A stretch of 64,000 nt of DNA from Escherichia phage vB_EcoM-Sa45lw. The translations under genes were made by a program, and so were the position numbers. This document shows positions 46,726 through 64,000 of the stretch, piece by piece. A model generated the notes under the pieces. That model was not told where the DNA came from. It ran no database searches and saw nothing but the letters and a program-made list of their open reading frames with translations. The stretch lies in sequence record MK977694.1. One strand, 5' to 3'. The stretch's first letter is position 1, and every line of letters begins with the position of its first letter.

Positions 46726-48708
46726 ATGGCAAATACCCCTGTAAATTATCAATTAACAAGAACAGCAAATGCTATTCCCGAGATATTCGTCGGGGGTACG
46801 TTTGCTGAAATAAAACAAAACCTCATTGAATGGCTTAATGGCCAAAATGAATTTTTGGATTATGATTTTGAAGGCTCAAGATTAAACGTTCTGTGTGACC
46901 TTTTGGCTTATAATACGCTGTACATTCAGCAGTTTGGTAATGCTGCTGTGTATGAAAGCTTTATGCGTACTGCTAACTTACGAAGTTCAGTTGTTCAAGC
47001 TGCACAAGATAACGGATATTTACCTACTTCAAAATCCGCTGCGCAGACCGAAATTATGTTAACATGCACTGACGCATTGAATAGGAATTACATCACAATT
47101 CCTCGCGGAACTCGCTTTTTAGCATATGCAAAAGATACTTCTGTTAATCCATATAACTTCGTTTCTACCGAAGACGTTATTGCTATTCGTGATAAAAATA
47201 ACCAATATTTTCCACGTTTAAAATTGGCCCAGGGACGTATAGTAAGAACTGAAATCATTTATGATAAATTAACACCTATTATCATTTATGATAAAAATAT
47301 TGATAGAAACCAAGTTAAGCTGTATGTTGATGGAGCAGAATGGATTAACTGGACAAGAAAGTCAATGGTTCATGCTGGTTCTACATCAACAATTTACTAC
47401 ATGCGTGAAACTATTGATGGAAATACTGAATTTTATTTTGGTGAAGGTGAGATTTCCGTTAATGCGGCAGAAGGAGCATTGACCGCTAATTATATTGGAG
47501 GTCTTAAACCTACCCAGAACTCTACAATTGTTATTGAGTACATCAGTACTAACGGTGCAGATGCGAACGGCGCAGTCGGATTTTCGTATGCAGATACATT
47601 AACAAATATAACTGTCATCAATATTAATGAAAATCCAAACGACGACCCAGATTTTGTCGGAGCAGATGGCGGCGGTGATCCAGAAGATATTGAGCGTATT
47701 CGCGAATTAGGTACTATTAAACGCGAAACCCAGCAACGCTGCGTAACCGCAACTGATTATGATACATTTGTCTCAGAAAGATTTGGTTCTATTATTCAAG
47801 CTGTTCAGACTTTCACTGATTCTACTAAACCTGGTTATGCATTTATTGCTGCTAAACCTAAATCAGGATTGTATTTAACTACTGTGCAGCGTGAAGATAT
47901 TAAAAATTATCTCAAAGATTATAATTTAGCACCTATTACACCATCAATTATTTCTCCTAATTATCTTTTTATTAAGACTAATTTAAAAGTCACATATGCT
48001 TTAAATAAGCTGCAAGAATCTGAACAGTGGCTTGAAGGTCAAATAATTGATAAAATTGACCGCTATTATACTGAAGATGTAGAAATTTTTAACTCATCTT
48101 TCGCTAAGTCTAAGATGTTAACTTATGTAGATGATGCAGATCATTCTATCATTGGTTCATCAGCGACAATTCAAATTGTTCGTGAAGTACAAAACTTCTA
48201 TAAAACGCCTGAAGCAGGTATTAAATACAATAATCAAATAAAAGATCGTTCTATGGAATCTAATACGTTTTCATTTAATTCTGGACGAAAGGTTGTAAAT
48301 CCTGATACTGGTTTAGAAGAAGATGTATTATATGACGTTCGTATAGTATCAACAGACCGAGATTCTAAAGGAATTGGTAAAGTTATTATTGGTCCATTTG
48401 CTTCTGGCGATGTTACAGAAAATGAAAACATTCAGCCGTATACAGGCAACGATTTTAACAAATTAGCAAATTCTGATGGACGCGACAAATACTATGTTAT
48501 CGGTGAAATAAACTATCCAGCCGATACAATTTATTGGAATATCGCTAAAATTAATTTAACATCTGAAAAATTTGAAGTTCAGACTATTGAATTATATTCT
48601 GACCCAACCGATGATGTTATCTTTACTCGCGATGGTTCACTGATTGTATTTGAAAATGACTTACGTCCACAATACTTAACTATCGATTTGGAGCCTATAT
48701 CACAATGA
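46726..48708 (+). CDS. 6: Baseplate wedge protein gp6
   Basis: 660 aa, T4 gp6 length and order. Confidence 0.92.
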   Translation: MANTPVNYQLTRTANAIPEIFVGGTFAEIKQNLIEWLNGQNEFLDYDFEGSRLNVLCDLLAYNTLYIQQFGNAAVYESFMRTANLRSSVVQAAQDNGYLPTSKSAAQTEIMLTCTDALNRNYITIPRGTRFLAYAKDTSVNPYNFVSTEDVIAIRDKNNQYFPRLKLAQGRIVRTEIIYDKLTPIIIYDKNIDRNQVKLYVDGAEWINWTRKSMVHAGSTSTIYYMRETIDGNTEFYFGEGEISVNAAEGALTANYIGGLKPTQNSTIVIEYISTNGADANGAVGFSYADTLTNITVININENPNDDPDFVGADGGGDPEDIERIRELGTIKRETQQRCVTATDYDTFVSERFGSIIQAVQTFTDSTKPGYAFIAAKPKSGLYLTTVQREDIKNYLKDYNLAPITPSIISPNYLFIKTNLKVTYALNKLQESEQWLEGQIIDKIDRYYTEDVEIFNSSFAKSKMLTYVDDADHSIIGSSATIQIVREVQNFYKTPEAGIKYNNQIKDRSMESNTFSFNSGRKVVNPDTGLEEDVLYDVRIVSTDRDSKGIGKVIIGPFASGDVTENENIQPYTGNDFNKLANSDGRDKYYVIGEINYPADTIYWNIAKINLTSEKFEVQTIELYSDPTDDVIFTRDGSLIVFENDLRPQYLTIDLEPISQ

Positions 48709-51700
48709 CAGTAAAAGCACCTTCAGTCACTAGTCTCAGAATTTCCAAGTTATCCGCAAATCAGGTGCAAGTACGCTGGGATGACGTTGGTGCTAATTTC
48801 TACTACTTTGTAGAAATCGCTGAGACAAAATCAAACTCGGGAGAAAATCTCCCGAGTAATCAATATCGTTGGATTAATTTAGGATATACAGCAAATAATA
48901 GTTTCTTTTTTGATGATGCTGATCCATTGACATCATACATTATCAGAGTAGCTACAGCTGCGCAAGATTTTGAGCAGTCTGATTGGATTTATACAGAAGA
49001 GTTTGAAACTTTTGCTACGAATGCTTACACATTTCAAAATATGATTGAAATGCAATTAGCTAATAAATTCATTCAGGAAAAGTTCACTCTTAATAATTCT
49101 AATTATGTCAATTTCAATAATGACACAATAATGGCTGCGTTAATGAATGAATCATTTCAGTTCAGCCCATCGTATGCTGATGTCTCATCAATCAGTAATT
49201 TTATTATTGGTGAAAACGAGTATCATGAAATACAAGGTTCTATTCAGCAAGTATGTAAGGATATTAACCGAGTTTATTTGATGGAATCAGAAGGGATTCT
49301 ATATCTTTTTGAGCGCTATCAACCCGTAGTTAAAGTATCAAATGATAAAGGACAAACTTGGAAAGCTGTAAAGCTCTTCAATGACCGTGTAGGATATCCT
49401 TTATCTAAGACTGTATATTACCAATCTGCAAACACAACATACGTTCTAGGATACGATAAGATTTTCTATGGCCGTAAATCGACTGATGTTAGATGGTCAG
49501 CAGATGATGTCAGATTCAGTTCACAGGATATAACATTTGCTAAATTAGGAGATCAACTTCATTTAGGATTCGATGTTGAAATCTTCGCTACTTATGCGAC
49601 TTTACCAGCGAATGTATATCGTATAGCTGAAGCCATTACTTGTACGGATGATTATATCTATGTTGTTGCCAGAGATAAAGTTAGATATATAAAAACGAGT
49701 AATGCACCTATAGATTCTGACCCGTTATCACCAACATACTCGGAAAGACTTTTTGAACCTGATACAATGACTATAACTGGAAATCCTAAAGCTGTATGCT
49801 ATAAAATGGATTCTATTGGTGATAAAGTTTTTGCTCTTATTATTGGTGAAGTTGAAACATTAAATGCTAATCCTAGAACATCAAAAATAATTGATTCCGC
49901 TGATAAAGGAATATATGTTTTAAATCAAGACACGAAAACATGGAAAAGAGTTTTCGGTAATACCGAAGAAGAAAGAAGACGTATTCAACCTGGATACGCA
50001 AACATGTCAACTGACGGTAAATTAGTTTCTCTGTCTTCGAGTAATTTTAAATTTTTAAGTGATAACGTTGTTAATGACCCTGAAACTGCAGCAAAATATC
50101 AGTTAATCGGTGCTGTTAAATATGAATTTCCTCGCGAATGGTTAGCTAATAAACATTATCATATGATGGCGTTTATAGCGGATGAAAAATCTGATTGGGA
50201 GACTTTTACTCCTCAACCGATGAAATACTACGCAGAACCGTTCTTTAATTGGTCTAAAAAATCTAACACTCGTTGTTGGATAAACAACTCTGATAAAGCT
50301 GTAGTAGTTTATGCTGATTTAAAATACACTAAAGTTATAGAAAATATTCCGGAAACATCACCAGATAGATTAGTTCATGAATACTGGGATGATGGCGATT
50401 GCACTATAGTAATGCCAAATGTTAAATTCACCGGATTTAAAAAATATGCATCTGGGATGCTTTTCTACAAATCTTCTGGCGAAATAATTTCTTATTATGA
50501 TTTTAACTATCGTGTGAGAGATACAGTAGAAATTATTTGGAAGCCAACTGAAGTATTTTTAAAAGCATTTTTACAAAACCAAGAGCGCGAAACTCCTTGG
50601 TCACCAGAAGAAGAACGTGGATTAGCTGACCCTGATTTAAGACCATTGATTGGCACAATGATGCCTGATTCTTATTTGTTACAAGATTCTAATTTTGAGG
50701 CATTTTGTGAAGCATATATTCAATATCTTTCTGACGGATATGGAACTCAGTATAACAATTTACGAAATTTAATTCGTAACCAATATCCGCGAGAAGAGCA
50801 TGCGTGGGAATATTTATGGTCAGAAATATATAAAAGAAACATTTATTTAAATGCTGACAAACGCGATGCTGTTGCAAGATTTTTTGAATCACGTAGCTAT
50901 GATTTTTATTCTACTAAAGGAATTGAAGCATCATATAAATTTCTTTTTAAAGTTCTTTATAATGAAGAAGTTGAAATTGAAATTGAATCGGGAGCAGGTA
51001 CTGAATATGATGTAATCATTCAATCTGATTCTCTTACAGAAGATTTAGTAGGACAAACGATTTATACAGCTACAGGAAGATGTAATGTTACTTATATAGA
51101 AAGAAGCTATTCTAATGGTAAATTGCAATGGACCGTGACTATACATAATCTTTTGGGGCGGTTAATAGCAGGACAAGAAGTTAAAGCAGAAAGACTTCCA
51201 GGTTTTGAAGGCGAAATTATTCGTGGGGTTAAAGGAAAGGATTTGCTTCAAAATAATATAGACTATATTAATAGAAGTCGATCATATTATGTAATGAAAA
51301 TTAAATCCAAATTACCTTCTTCCCGCTGGAAATCTGACGTTATTCGTTTTGTTCATCCAGTAGGATTTGGATTTATAGCAATTACCCTTTTAACAATGTT
51401 TATTAATGTTGGTTTAACTCTTAAACATACAGAGACTATAATTAATAAATACAAAAACTATAAATGGGATTCTGGATTGCCTACTGAATATGCTGATAGA
51501 GTAGCCAAATTGACTCCAACCGGTGAAATTGAGCATGATTCGGTAACAGGCGAAGCAATTTATGAGCCTGGCCCAATGGCTGGTGTAGAATATCCTCTTC
51601 CTGATGACTATAATGCTGAAAATAACAATTCAATATTTCAAGGTCAATTGCCGTCTGAACGACGTAAATTAATGAGTCCTTTATTTGATGCATCTGGAAC

Positions 51701-51803
51701 AACATTTGCGCAATTTAGAGATTTAGTTAATAAACGTCTAAAAGACAATATAGGAAATCCAAGAGACCCTGAAAATCCAACACAGGTTAAAATAGATGAA
51801 TGA
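48705..51803 (+). CDS. 7: Baseplate wedge initiator gp7
   Basis: 1032 aa, T4 gp7 length and order. Confidence 0.92.
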   Translation: MTVKAPSVTSLRISKLSANQVQVRWDDVGANFYYFVEIAETKSNSGENLPSNQYRWINLGYTANNSFFFDDADPLTSYIIRVATAAQDFEQSDWIYTEEFETFATNAYTFQNMIEMQLANKFIQEKFTLNNSNYVNFNNDTIMAALMNESFQFSPSYADVSSISNFIIGENEYHEIQGSIQQVCKDINRVYLMESEGILYLFERYQPVVKVSNDKGQTWKAVKLFNDRVGYPLSKTVYYQSANTTYVLGYDKIFYGRKSTDVRWSADDVRFSSQDITFAKLGDQLHLGFDVEIFATYATLPANVYRIAEAITCTDDYIYVVARDKVRYIKTSNAPIDSDPLSPTYSERLFEPDTMTITGNPKAVCYKMDSIGDKVFALIIGEVETLNANPRTSKIIDSADKGIYVLNQDTKTWKRVFGNTEEERRRIQPGYANMSTDGKLVSLSSSNFKFLSDNVVNDPETAAKYQLIGAVKYEFPREWLANKHYHMMAFIADEKSDWETFTPQPMKYYAEPFFNWSKKSNTRCWINNSDKAVVVYADLKYTKVIENIPETSPDRLVHEYWDDGDCTIVMPNVKFTGFKKYASGMLFYKSSGEIISYYDFNYRVRDTVEIIWKPTEVFLKAFLQNQERETPWSPEEERGLADPDLRPLIGTMMPDSYLLQDSNFEAFCEAYIQYLSDGYGTQYNNLRNLIRNQYPREEHAWEYLWSEIYKRNIYLNADKRDAVARFFESRSYDFYSTKGIEASYKFLFKVLYNEEVEIEIESGAGTEYDVIIQSDSLTEDLVGQTIYTATGRCNVTYIERSYSNGKLQWTVTIHNLLGRLIAGQEVKAERLPGFEGEIIRGVKGKDLLQNNIDYINRSRSYYVMKIKSKLPSSRWKSDVIRFVHPVGFGFIAITLLTMFINVGLTLKHTETIINKYKNYKWDSGLPTEYADRVAKLTPTGEIEHDSVTGEAIYEPGPMAGVEYPLPDDYNAENNNSIFQGQLPSERRKLMSPLFDASGTTFAQFRDLVNKRLKDNIGNPRDPENPTQVKIDE

Positions 51804-52800
51804 TTCAAGTGTTATCTATCGTGCGATAGTTACTTCAAAATTTAGAACAGAAAAAATGTTGAATTTTTATAATTCAATTGGAAGTGGTCCGGATAAAAAC
51901 ACTATCTTTATCACATTTGGAAGATCAGAACCGTGGTCATCAAATGAAAATGAGGTGGGCTTTGCCCCACCTTATCCTACCGATTCTGTATTAGGTGTAA
52001 CTGACATGTGGACTCATATGATGGGAACAGTAAAAGTTCTTCCATCTATGCTTGATGCAGTTATTCCTCGTCGAGATTGGGGAGATACTAGATATCCGGA
52101 TCCATACACATTTAGAATTAATGATATTGTAGTGTGCAACTCAGCTCCTTACAACGCTACTGAATCAGGCGCGGGATGGTTAGTGTATCGCTGTTTAGAT
52201 GTTCCTGATACTGGAATGTGTTCAATCGCATCTTTAACTGATAAGGATGAATGCCTCAAATTAGGTGGAAAATGGACTCCTTCTGCTAGGTCAATGACTC
52301 CGCCTGAAGGCCGAGGAGATGCTGAAGGAACAATTGAACCCGGCGATGGATATGTATGGGAATATCTTTTTGAGATTCCGCCTGATGTATCTATAAATAG
52401 ATGCACGAATGAGTATATTGTAGTTCCTTGGCCTGAGGAATTAAAAGAAGACCCGACTAGATGGGGGTATGAAGATAATCTCACTTGGCAGCAAGATGAT
52501 TTTGGGTTAATTTATCGTGTTAAAGCTAATACAATTCGTTTTAAAGCATATTTAGATTCAGTTTATTTTCCTGAAGCTGCATTGCCGGGAAATAAAGGAT
52601 TTAGACAAATATCGATAATTACAAATCCTCTTGAAGCTAAAGTTCATCCAAATGATCCAAACGTTAAAGCTGAAAAGGATTATTATGATCCTGAAGATTT
52701 AATGAGGCATTCGGGTGAAATGATTTATATGGAAAATAGGCCACCTATTATTATGGCAATGGATCAGACAGAAGAAATCAATATTCTGTTTACATTTTAA
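51796..52800 (+). CDS. 8: Baseplate wedge protein gp8
   Basis: 334 aa, T4 gp8 length and order. Confidence 0.92.
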   Translation: MNDSSVIYRAIVTSKFRTEKMLNFYNSIGSGPDKNTIFITFGRSEPWSSNENEVGFAPPYPTDSVLGVTDMWTHMMGTVKVLPSMLDAVIPRRDWGDTRYPDPYTFRINDIVVCNSAPYNATESGAGWLVYRCLDVPDTGMCSIASLTDKDECLKLGGKWTPSARSMTPPEGRGDAEGTIEPGDGYVWEYLFEIPPDVSINRCTNEYIVVPWPEELKEDPTRWGYEDNLTWQQDDFGLIYRVKANTIRFKAYLDSVYFPEAALPGNKGFRQISIITNPLEAKVHPNDPNVKAEKDYYDPEDLMRHSGEMIYMENRPPIIMAMDQTEEINILFTF

Positions 52801-52805
52801 ATTAA

Positions 52806-52831
52806 GGGAGCCCATGGGCTCCCTTTTTCTT
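52806..52831 (+). terminator. Intrinsic terminator (plus strand) after gene 8: GGGAGCCC-AUGG-GCUCCC + UUUUUCUU
   Basis: Read from sequence; overlaps the gene 9 late promoter. Confidence 0.65.
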
Positions 52832-52839
52832 TATAAATA
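52832..52839 (+). promoter_or_regulatory. T4 late promoter TATAAATA for gene 9
   Basis: Exact TATAAATA 25 nt upstream of ATG 52864. Confidence 0.6.
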
Positions 52840-52863
52840 CTATAAACTCATAAGGAAACCGCT

Positions 52864-53730
52864 ATGTTCATTCAAGAACCAAAGAAATTGATTGATACCG
52901 GCGAAATTGGTAACGCTTCTACTGGTGATATCTTATTCGACGGTGGTAATAAAATTAATAGTGATTTTAACGCAATTTATAACGCGTTTGGCGATCAACG
53001 TAAAATGGCAGTAGCAAATGGCACTGGAGCTGATGGTCAAATTATCCATGCTACTGGATATTATCAAAAACACTCTATCGCGGAGTACGCAACTCCAGTA
53101 AAAGTTGGCACTAGACATGATATTGATACTTCTACCGTAGGTGTTAAAGTTATCATTGAAAGAGGCGAACTTGGCGACTGCGTTGAATTTATTAACTCGA
53201 ATGGATCAATATCAGTTACTAATCCTTTAACGATTCAAGCTATTGATTCAATTAAAGGCGTTTCAGGTAATTTAGTAGTAACTAGTCCATATAGTAAAGT
53301 TACTTTACGTTGTATTTCATCTGATAATTCTACGTCGGTTTGGAATTATTCTATTGAAAGTATGTTTGGGCAAAAGGAATCACCAGCTGAAGGTACATGG
53401 AATATTTCTACATCTGGATCAGTTGACATTCCACTATTTCATCGCACTGAATACAATATGGCTAAATTGCTAGTTACATGCCAATCGATAGATGGAAGAA
53501 AAATTAAAACAGCAGAAATAAATATTCTTGTGGATACTGTTAATTCAGAGGTCATTTCTTCTGAATATGCTGTCATGCGAGTTGGGAATGAAACCGAAGA
53601 AGACGAAATCGCTAATATTGCATTTAGTGTTAAAGAAAATTATGTAACGGCGACTATAAGTTCTTCAACTGTCGGTATGAGAGCAGCAGTTAAAGTTATC
53701 GCTACGCAGAAAATCGGGGTGGCTCAATAA
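52864..53730 (+). CDS. 9: Baseplate long-tail-fibre attachment protein gp9
   Basis: 288 aa, T4 gp9 length and order. Confidence 0.92.
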   Translation: MFIQEPKKLIDTGEIGNASTGDILFDGGNKINSDFNAIYNAFGDQRKMAVANGTGADGQIIHATGYYQKHSIAEYATPVKVGTRHDIDTSTVGVKVIIERGELGDCVEFINSNGSISVTNPLTIQAIDSIKGVSGNLVVTSPYSKVTLRCISSDNSTSVWNYSIESMFGQKESPAEGTWNISTSGSVDIPLFHRTEYNMAKLLVTCQSIDGRKIKTAEINILVDTVNSEVISSEYAVMRVGNETEEDEIANIAFSVKENYVTATISSSTVGMRAAVKVIATQKIGVAQ

Positions 53731-55535
53731 TGAAACAAAATATTAATATCGGTAATGTTGTAGATGATGGTACCGGTGACTACCTGCGTAAAGGTGGTAT
53801 AAAAATAAATGAAAACTTTGATGAGCTTTATTATGAACTCGGTGATGGTAATGTTCCATATTCAGCCGGTGCTTGGAAAACTTATAATGCTTCATCTGGG
53901 CAAACATTAAAAGCTGAATGGGGAAAATCATACGCTATTAATACTTCGTCTGGAAGAGTAACACTGCAACTTCCTAAAGGAACTGTTAATGATTATAATA
54001 AAGTAATTAGAGCTAGGGATGTATTTGCAACATGGAATGTTAATCCAGTTACTTTAGTAGCCGCTTCTGGTGATACTATCAAAGGATCATCGTCATCGGT
54101 TGAAATTAACGTTCAATTTAGTGATTTAGAGCTAGTTTATTGCGCTCCGGGCCGTTGGGAATATGTCAAAAATAAACAAATTGACAAAATTATTAGTTCA
54201 GACATTAGCAATGTAGCTCGTAAAGAATTTTTAGTCGAAGTTCAAGGACAAACAGACTTTTTAGATATTTTCCGTGGAACTAGTTATAATGTTAATAACA
54301 TCAGAGTAAAACACCGCGGTAATGAATTGTATTACGGCGATGTTTTTAGCGAAAATAGCGACTTTGGTTCTCCTGGAGAAAATGAAGGCGAATTAGTTCC
54401 TCTTGATGGATTTAATATTCGATTAAGACAGCCTTGTAATATTGGTGACACTGTTCAAATTGAAACATTTATGGATGGTGTATCACAATGGAGAAGTTCA
54501 TATACAAGACGCCAAATAAAAGTACTGGATTCAAAACTAACATCAAAGACTTCTTTAGAAGGAAGTATTTACGTTACTGATTTATCGACGATGAAATCAA
54601 TTCCATTTTCCGCATTTGGATTAATTCCAGGAGAACCTATTAATCCTAATTCTCTTGAAGTTCGTTTTAATGGAATTTTACAACAACAAGCTGGAACAGC
54701 TGGATATCCTCTGTTTTTGTGTGAAGGCGCTAGTTCAGATACGCAAGAAGGATGTATATCTCTTGGTGGTGAATGGAAAGAATCAAACACAGATTATTCT
54801 ATAGAATATGAAGATGGAAAACCTACCAGTCTTTTATTTGATAGAAAATTTGAATCAGGCGATATAATCGTTATAACGTGGTTCAATAATGATTTAGGAA
54901 CTCTTTTAGAAAAAGATGACATCATTGAATTGACTGATGACCGTTATGTTAGCAAAGGATCATCTACCGAAGTTACTGGTGATGTAGCCTTAACAGATTT
55001 TGATAAAATCGGTTGGCCAAATGTTGAAAAAGTTGATTCTTATACTAGAACGTATAATTCAATATCATCTATTTTCGATAGCATTTATCCTGTAGGTTCA
55101 ATTTATGAAAATGCTATAAATCCAAATAATCCGGTGACTTATATGGGATTTGGTTCATGGAAATTATTTGGTAAAGGACAAGTTTTAGTAGGATGGAATG
55201 ATGATGTTACGGATCCAAACTTTGCTTTAAACAATAATGATTTAGATTCTAGCGGAAATCCTTCACATACTGCCGGTGGAACAGTTGGAACAACATCAGT
55301 AACGCTTGAAAACGCAAATCTTCCTGCAACTAAAACCGACGAAAGAGTTTTAATTGAAGACGAAAATGGATCGGTTATTATTGGAGGTTGCCAATATGAC
55401 CCAGATGAAACTGGTCCTATATATACAAAATATCGTGAAGACTACGCAACAACAAACTCTTCACATACTCCTCCTGCTAATATTAGTAATATTCAACCGT
55501 CTATTACTGTATACCGTTGGATAAGGATTGCATAA
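53730..55535 (+). CDS. 10: Baseplate wedge / tail pin protein gp10
   Basis: 601 aa, T4 gp10 length and order. Confidence 0.92.
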   Translation: MKQNINIGNVVDDGTGDYLRKGGIKINENFDELYYELGDGNVPYSAGAWKTYNASSGQTLKAEWGKSYAINTSSGRVTLQLPKGTVNDYNKVIRARDVFATWNVNPVTLVAASGDTIKGSSSSVEINVQFSDLELVYCAPGRWEYVKNKQIDKIISSDISNVARKEFLVEVQGQTDFLDIFRGTSYNVNNIRVKHRGNELYYGDVFSENSDFGSPGENEGELVPLDGFNIRLRQPCNIGDTVQIETFMDGVSQWRSSYTRRQIKVLDSKLTSKTSLEGSIYVTDLSTMKSIPFSAFGLIPGEPINPNSLEVRFNGILQQQAGTAGYPLFLCEGASSDTQEGCISLGGEWKESNTDYSIEYEDGKPTSLLFDRKFESGDIIVITWFNNDLGTLLEKDDIIELTDDRYVSKGSSTEVTGDVALTDFDKIGWPNVEKVDSYTRTYNSISSIFDSIYPVGSIYENAINPNNPVTYMGFGSWKLFGKGQVLVGWNDDVTDPNFALNNNDLDSSGNPSHTAGGTVGTTSVTLENANLPATKTDERVLIEDENGSVIIGGCQYDPDETGPIYTKYREDYATTNSSHTPPANISNIQPSITVYRWIRIA

Positions 55536-56194
55536 TGAGTTTACTTAATAATAAAGCGGGAGTTATTTCCCGCTTAGCAGATTTTCTTGGTTTTAGAACT
55601 AAGAAAAATGATATTTCGGTTATGAATAATCAGCCAGTAGGTGCTGTAACAATTTCACAAATAGCAAAAGGTTTTTATGACCCAAATGTAGAATCTGCTA
55701 TTAATGATGTTAGAAATATGGCAGAGCAACAGGTTGGAGCTGTATTAGTTAATATAAGCGGCGTATCTCCTACTGGAGTGCAACAAACAGACTACTGGTC
55801 ATTTGAAGGAACTGTCAATGATACTTCAGCCAAACCAGGTGACACAGTTATTGTTAACATGTTTGGTATTCCAGTTAAAGCTACTAATGGAATGACTTCA
55901 ATCGAATTTACCAGTGCCGTTAGAACAGCTCTACAGGAAATGGTTGCAAAATTTATTGCAATTGATTCATTTGAAGACCATCCTACCATAGGAAATAAAA
56001 TACAAGTTAAGTATTTAGATAACCAAGAACATATCTTAGAACAATACTCTGATAAAGGAATTACTTTCAAACAAGAAATAATTTCTCCTTCTAAACCCGG
56101 ATACGGAACTTGGCAATTATTAGGTGCGCAAACTGTTACGCTAGATAGTCACACACAACCTACGGTATTTTATTATTTTGAGAGAATAGCATGA
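55535..56194 (+). CDS. 11: Baseplate wedge / short-tail-fibre connector gp11
   Basis: 219 aa from [20 protein letters not shown] (TAATG overlap with gene 10); track ORF starts 6 codons upstream. Confidence 0.9.
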   Translation: MSLLNNKAGVISRLADFLGFRTKKNDISVMNNQPVGAVTISQIAKGFYDPNVESAINDVRNMAEQQVGAVLVNISGVSPTGVQQTDYWSFEGTVNDTSAKPGDTVIVNMFGIPVKATNGMTSIEFTSAVRTALQEMVAKFIAIDSFEDHPTIGNKIQVKYLDNQEHILEQYSDKGITFKQEIISPSKPGYGTWQLLGAQTVTLDSHTQPTVFYYFERIA

Positions 56195-57741
56195 GTAACA
56201 ATACATATCAGCACGTATCAAATGAATCAAAATATGTTAAATTCGATCCTACTGGATCGAATTTTCCTGACACTGTCACGACAGTGCAGTCTGCACTATC
56301 AAAAATAAGTAATATCGGCGTAAATGGTATTCCTGATGCAACTATGGAAGTTAAAGGAATAGCAATGATTGCGTCAGAGCAAGAGGTTTTAGATGGAACT
56401 AATAATTCTAAAATCGTTACACCAGCTACATTAGCAACAAGATTATTGTATCCAAATGCTACTGAAACTAAGTATGGTTTAACGCGCTATTCAACAAATG
56501 AAGAAACATTAGAAGGCTCAGATAATAATTCATCAATAACGCCGCAAAAACTGAAATACCATACTGACGATGTGTTCCAAAATAGATATTCGTCTGAGTC
56601 ATCAAACGGGGTTATTAAAATATCATCTACACCTGCAGCTTTAGCTGGAGTTGATGATACTACGGCAATGACTCCACTGAAAACACAAAAACTTGCAATA
56701 AAATTAATTTCACAAATAGCTCCTTCCGAAGATACTGCATCAGAATCTGTGAGAGGTGTAGTTCAATTATCTACTGTTGCGCAAACACGTCAAGGAACTC
56801 TCCGCGAAGGATATGCAATTTCTCCGTATACATTTATGAATTCTGTTGCAACACAAGAATATAAGGGCGTTATACGTTTAGGAACACAATCGGAAATTAA
56901 CAGTAATTTAGGAGATGTTGCAGTAACAGGTGAAACACTAAATGGTCGAGGAGCTACCGGTTCTATGCGTGGGGTAGTAAAATTAACGACGCAAGCCGGT
57001 ATTGCCCCTGAAGGTGATAGCTCTGGAGCATTAGCATGGAACGCAGATGTAATTAATACTCGTGGTGGACAAACTATTAATGGTTCTTTAAATTTAGACC
57101 ATCTTACAGCAAACGGAATTTGGTCGCGCGGCGGAATGTGGAAAAATGGCGATCAACCTGTTGCCACTGAAAGATATGCGTCCGAAAGAGTTCCAGTTGG
57201 AACTATTATGATGTTTGCGGGTGATTCAGCACCTCCGGGTTGGATTATGTGCCACGGTGGAACAGTGTCAGGAGATCAATATCCTGATTATAGAAACACA
57301 GTTGGAACAAGATTTGGTGGTGATTGGAATAACCCTGGCATTCCTGATATGAGAGGTCTTTTTGTTAGAGGAGCTGGCACGGGCGGTCATATTTTAAATC
57401 AACGTGGACAAGATGGTTATGGGAAGGATAGACTTGGTGTAGGATGTGACGGAATGCATGTTGGTGGCGTTCAAGCACAACAAATGTCATACCATAAACA
57501 CGCTGGTGGTTGGGGGGAATATAACAGAAGTGAAGGTCCATTTGGCGCGTCCGTTTATCAAGGATATCTTGGAACTAGAAAATATTCCGACTGGGATAAT
57601 GCTTCATACTTCACTAATGATGGATTTGAATTGGGTGGACCGAGAGATGCCCTTGGTACACTTAATCGTGAAGGATTAATTGGTTATGAAACTAGACCAT
57701 GGAATATATCATTAAACTATATTATTAAAATTCATTACTAA
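56191..57741 (+). CDS. 12: Short tail fibre gp12
   Basis: 516 aa, repeat-rich N-terminus, C-terminal receptor-binding domain; T4 order. Confidence 0.92.
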   Translation: MSNNTYQHVSNESKYVKFDPTGSNFPDTVTTVQSALSKISNIGVNGIPDATMEVKGIAMIASEQEVLDGTNNSKIVTPATLATRLLYPNATETKYGLTRYSTNEETLEGSDNNSSITPQKLKYHTDDVFQNRYSSESSNGVIKISSTPAALAGVDDTTAMTPLKTQKLAIKLISQIAPSEDTASESVRGVVQLSTVAQTRQGTLREGYAISPYTFMNSVATQEYKGVIRLGTQSEINSNLGDVAVTGETLNGRGATGSMRGVVKLTTQAGIAPEGDSSGALAWNADVINTRGGQTINGSLNLDHLTANGIWSRGGMWKNGDQPVATERYASERVPVGTIMMFAGDSAPPGWIMCHGGTVSGDQYPDYRNTVGTRFGGDWNNPGIPDMRGLFVRGAGTGGHILNQRGQDGYGKDRLGVGCDGMHVGGVQAQQMSYHKHAGGWGEYNRSEGPFGASVYQGYLGTRKYSDWDNASYFTNDGFELGGPRDALGTLNREGLIGYETRPWNISLNYIIKIHY

Positions 57742-57750
57742 GGATTACAA

Positions 57751-59208
57751 ATGATTGAATTAAAAGAGTTACCTTTTGTTGATAGCGTTCCTGGCGAAGG
57801 CCAGGAGCGTATTTCATGGATTAAAAATGGTGAAGAAATATTAGGAGCTAGTACTAAGTATGGAAACGATGGATCAATGAATAGACCAACTGTTTCCGTG
57901 TTTAAAAATGTTGAGGTTCTTGACGAAAATATAGGAATTCTTAAAACAGCATTAGAAACATCCCAGGAAGATATTAAAACCATTCAGGGTATCTTAGATG
58001 TATCTGATGATATAGAAGCTTTATCGCAAATAAGTATCAATAAAAAGGATATCACTGATCTTAAAACGCTTACGAGTGAACATACCGAAATATTAAATGG
58101 AACTAATAATACTGTCGATAGCATTCTTGCTGACATTGGTCCATTTAATTCGCAAGCAAATTCAGTTTATAGAACGATTAGAAATGATTTGTTATGGATT
58201 AAAAGGGAATTAGGACAATATGCTGGGCAAGACATTAACGGTCTTCCTGTTGTAGGAAATAGCAGCACGGGTATGAAGCACCGTATCATTAATAATACAG
58301 ATGCTATAACTTCCCAAGGAATACGTCTAAGTGATTTGGAAGAAAAATTTATTGAATCTGATGTAGGTTCACTGACAATTGAAGTCGGAAATCTTAGACA
58401 AGAACTTGGACAAAGACCATCTTCATTTAGTGAAAGCATATATTCACGTGTGCATAATTTAGATCAATCACAGATTAATCTTAGTTCCGAAATTAAATCT
58501 ATCAAAACTTCTATTGGATATCCAGGAAATACTTCAATAATCACAGATGTTAACACTAATACACGAGAAATTTCAGCTTTAAATGATGAACTAAATAAAA
58601 GCGGAGGTATTAAACAACGATTGACTGTCATTGAAACATCAATTGGCTCAGATGATATTCCTTCTAGTATTAAAGGTCAAATTAAAGATAATACCACATC
58701 AATTGAGTTTTTAAATGGAATTGTTGGTGAAAACACTTCATCTGGACTACGAGCAAATGTTTCATGGCTAAACCAAATCGTTGGAACTGATTCTAGTGGA
58801 GGTCAACCTTCTCCTCCGGGGTCTCTTTTAAATAGAGTTTCAACAGTTGAAACCTCTGTCAATAGACTTAACAATGATGTTCAAAACTTACAGGTTGAAA
58901 TTGGTAATAACAATTCCGGAATTAAAGGGCAAGTTGTAACACTAAATAAATTAGTAAATGGAACAAATCCGAATGGTTCAACTGTCGAAGAACGCGGATT
59001 GACTAATTCAATAAAAGCTAATGAGACTAACATTTCTTCAATTAATCAAGAGATTCGTAGTATTAAAGGTAATGTGTCCTCATTGCAGAGGGATGTCCAG
59101 ACTTTACAAGAAGCTGGTTATATTCCTGAAGCTCCAAAAGATGGTCAAGCTTACGTTCGTAAAGACGGCGAATGGGTATTGCTTTCTACCTTTTTATCAC
59201 CAGCATAA
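57751..59208 (+). CDS. wac: Fibritin (whiskers, neck)
   Basis: 485 aa coiled-coil; C-terminal foldon [27 protein letters not shown]. Confidence 0.93.
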   Translation: MIELKELPFVDSVPGEGQERISWIKNGEEILGASTKYGNDGSMNRPTVSVFKNVEVLDENIGILKTALETSQEDIKTIQGILDVSDDIEALSQISINKKDITDLKTLTSEHTEILNGTNNTVDSILADIGPFNSQANSVYRTIRNDLLWIKRELGQYAGQDINGLPVVGNSSTGMKHRIINNTDAITSQGIRLSDLEEKFIESDVGSLTIEVGNLRQELGQRPSSFSESIYSRVHNLDQSQINLSSEIKSIKTSIGYPGNTSIITDVNTNTREISALNDELNKSGGIKQRLTVIETSIGSDDIPSSIKGQIKDNTTSIEFLNGIVGENTSSGLRANVSWLNQIVGTDSSGGQPSPPGSLLNRVSTVETSVNRLNNDVQNLQVEIGNNNSGIKGQVVTLNKLVNGTNPNGSTVEERGLTNSIKANETNISSINQEIRSIKGNVSSLQRDVQTLQEAGYIPEAPKDGQAYVRKDGEWVLLSTFLSPA

Positions 59209-59239
59209 CATGGGGCCGCAAGGCCCTAAAGGATTTTAA

Positions 59240-60941
<1,702 letters not shown>

Positions 60942-60982
60942 TAAATATTATAAACTAATTAAAGCCCAGATTAGGAGAAATC

Positions 60983-64000
<3,018 letters not shown>

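Noticed and set aside
59209-59232. GGCC-GCAA-GGCC hairpin after wac as a terminator
   Set aside because: Downstream tract (uaaaggauuuuaa) is not a clean U-run and gene 13 follows immediately; more likely a stability element or weak attenuator

Overview
This window is a T4-like (T-even, Tequatrovirus-type) myovirus segment, identified from the sequence and from remembered T4 proteins; no database search was run. Positions 1-42981 are a minus-strand early/middle block in T4 order: 46 (partial), 47, a-gt, 55, nrdH-like, nrdG, nrdD (no intron), 49, nrdC, a roughly 11-kb hyperplastic nrdC-tk region, rI, tk, regB, denV, e (lysozyme, 3 substitutions from my recollection of T4), nudE, an 11-tRNA cluster, ipI-like, 57B (Acb1), 57A, 1, 3, 2 and 4. 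Positions 43029-64000 are the plus-strand late block: 53, 5, 5.1, a GIY-YIG endonuclease, 5.4, 6-12, wac, 13-16 and 17 (partial). The early block carries repeated sigma70-type early promoters (GTTTAC, 18 bp, TAnnAT), MotA-type middle promoters, TATAAATA late promoters and UUCG/GNRA hairpin terminators. The accessory content worth a second look is: a tandem array of four diverged coiled-coil paralogs; a nucleotidyltransferase plus AAA-ATPase pair; a macro-domain protein; a GrcA-like glycyl-radical protein; three internal-protein-like genes with capsid-targeting N-termini, one in a cassette bounded by duplicated terminators; and a tRNA set larger than T4's eight. No CRISPR array, integrase or transposase was seen. 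Product names rest on motif recognition and synteny; all hypothetical ORF calls are tentative.
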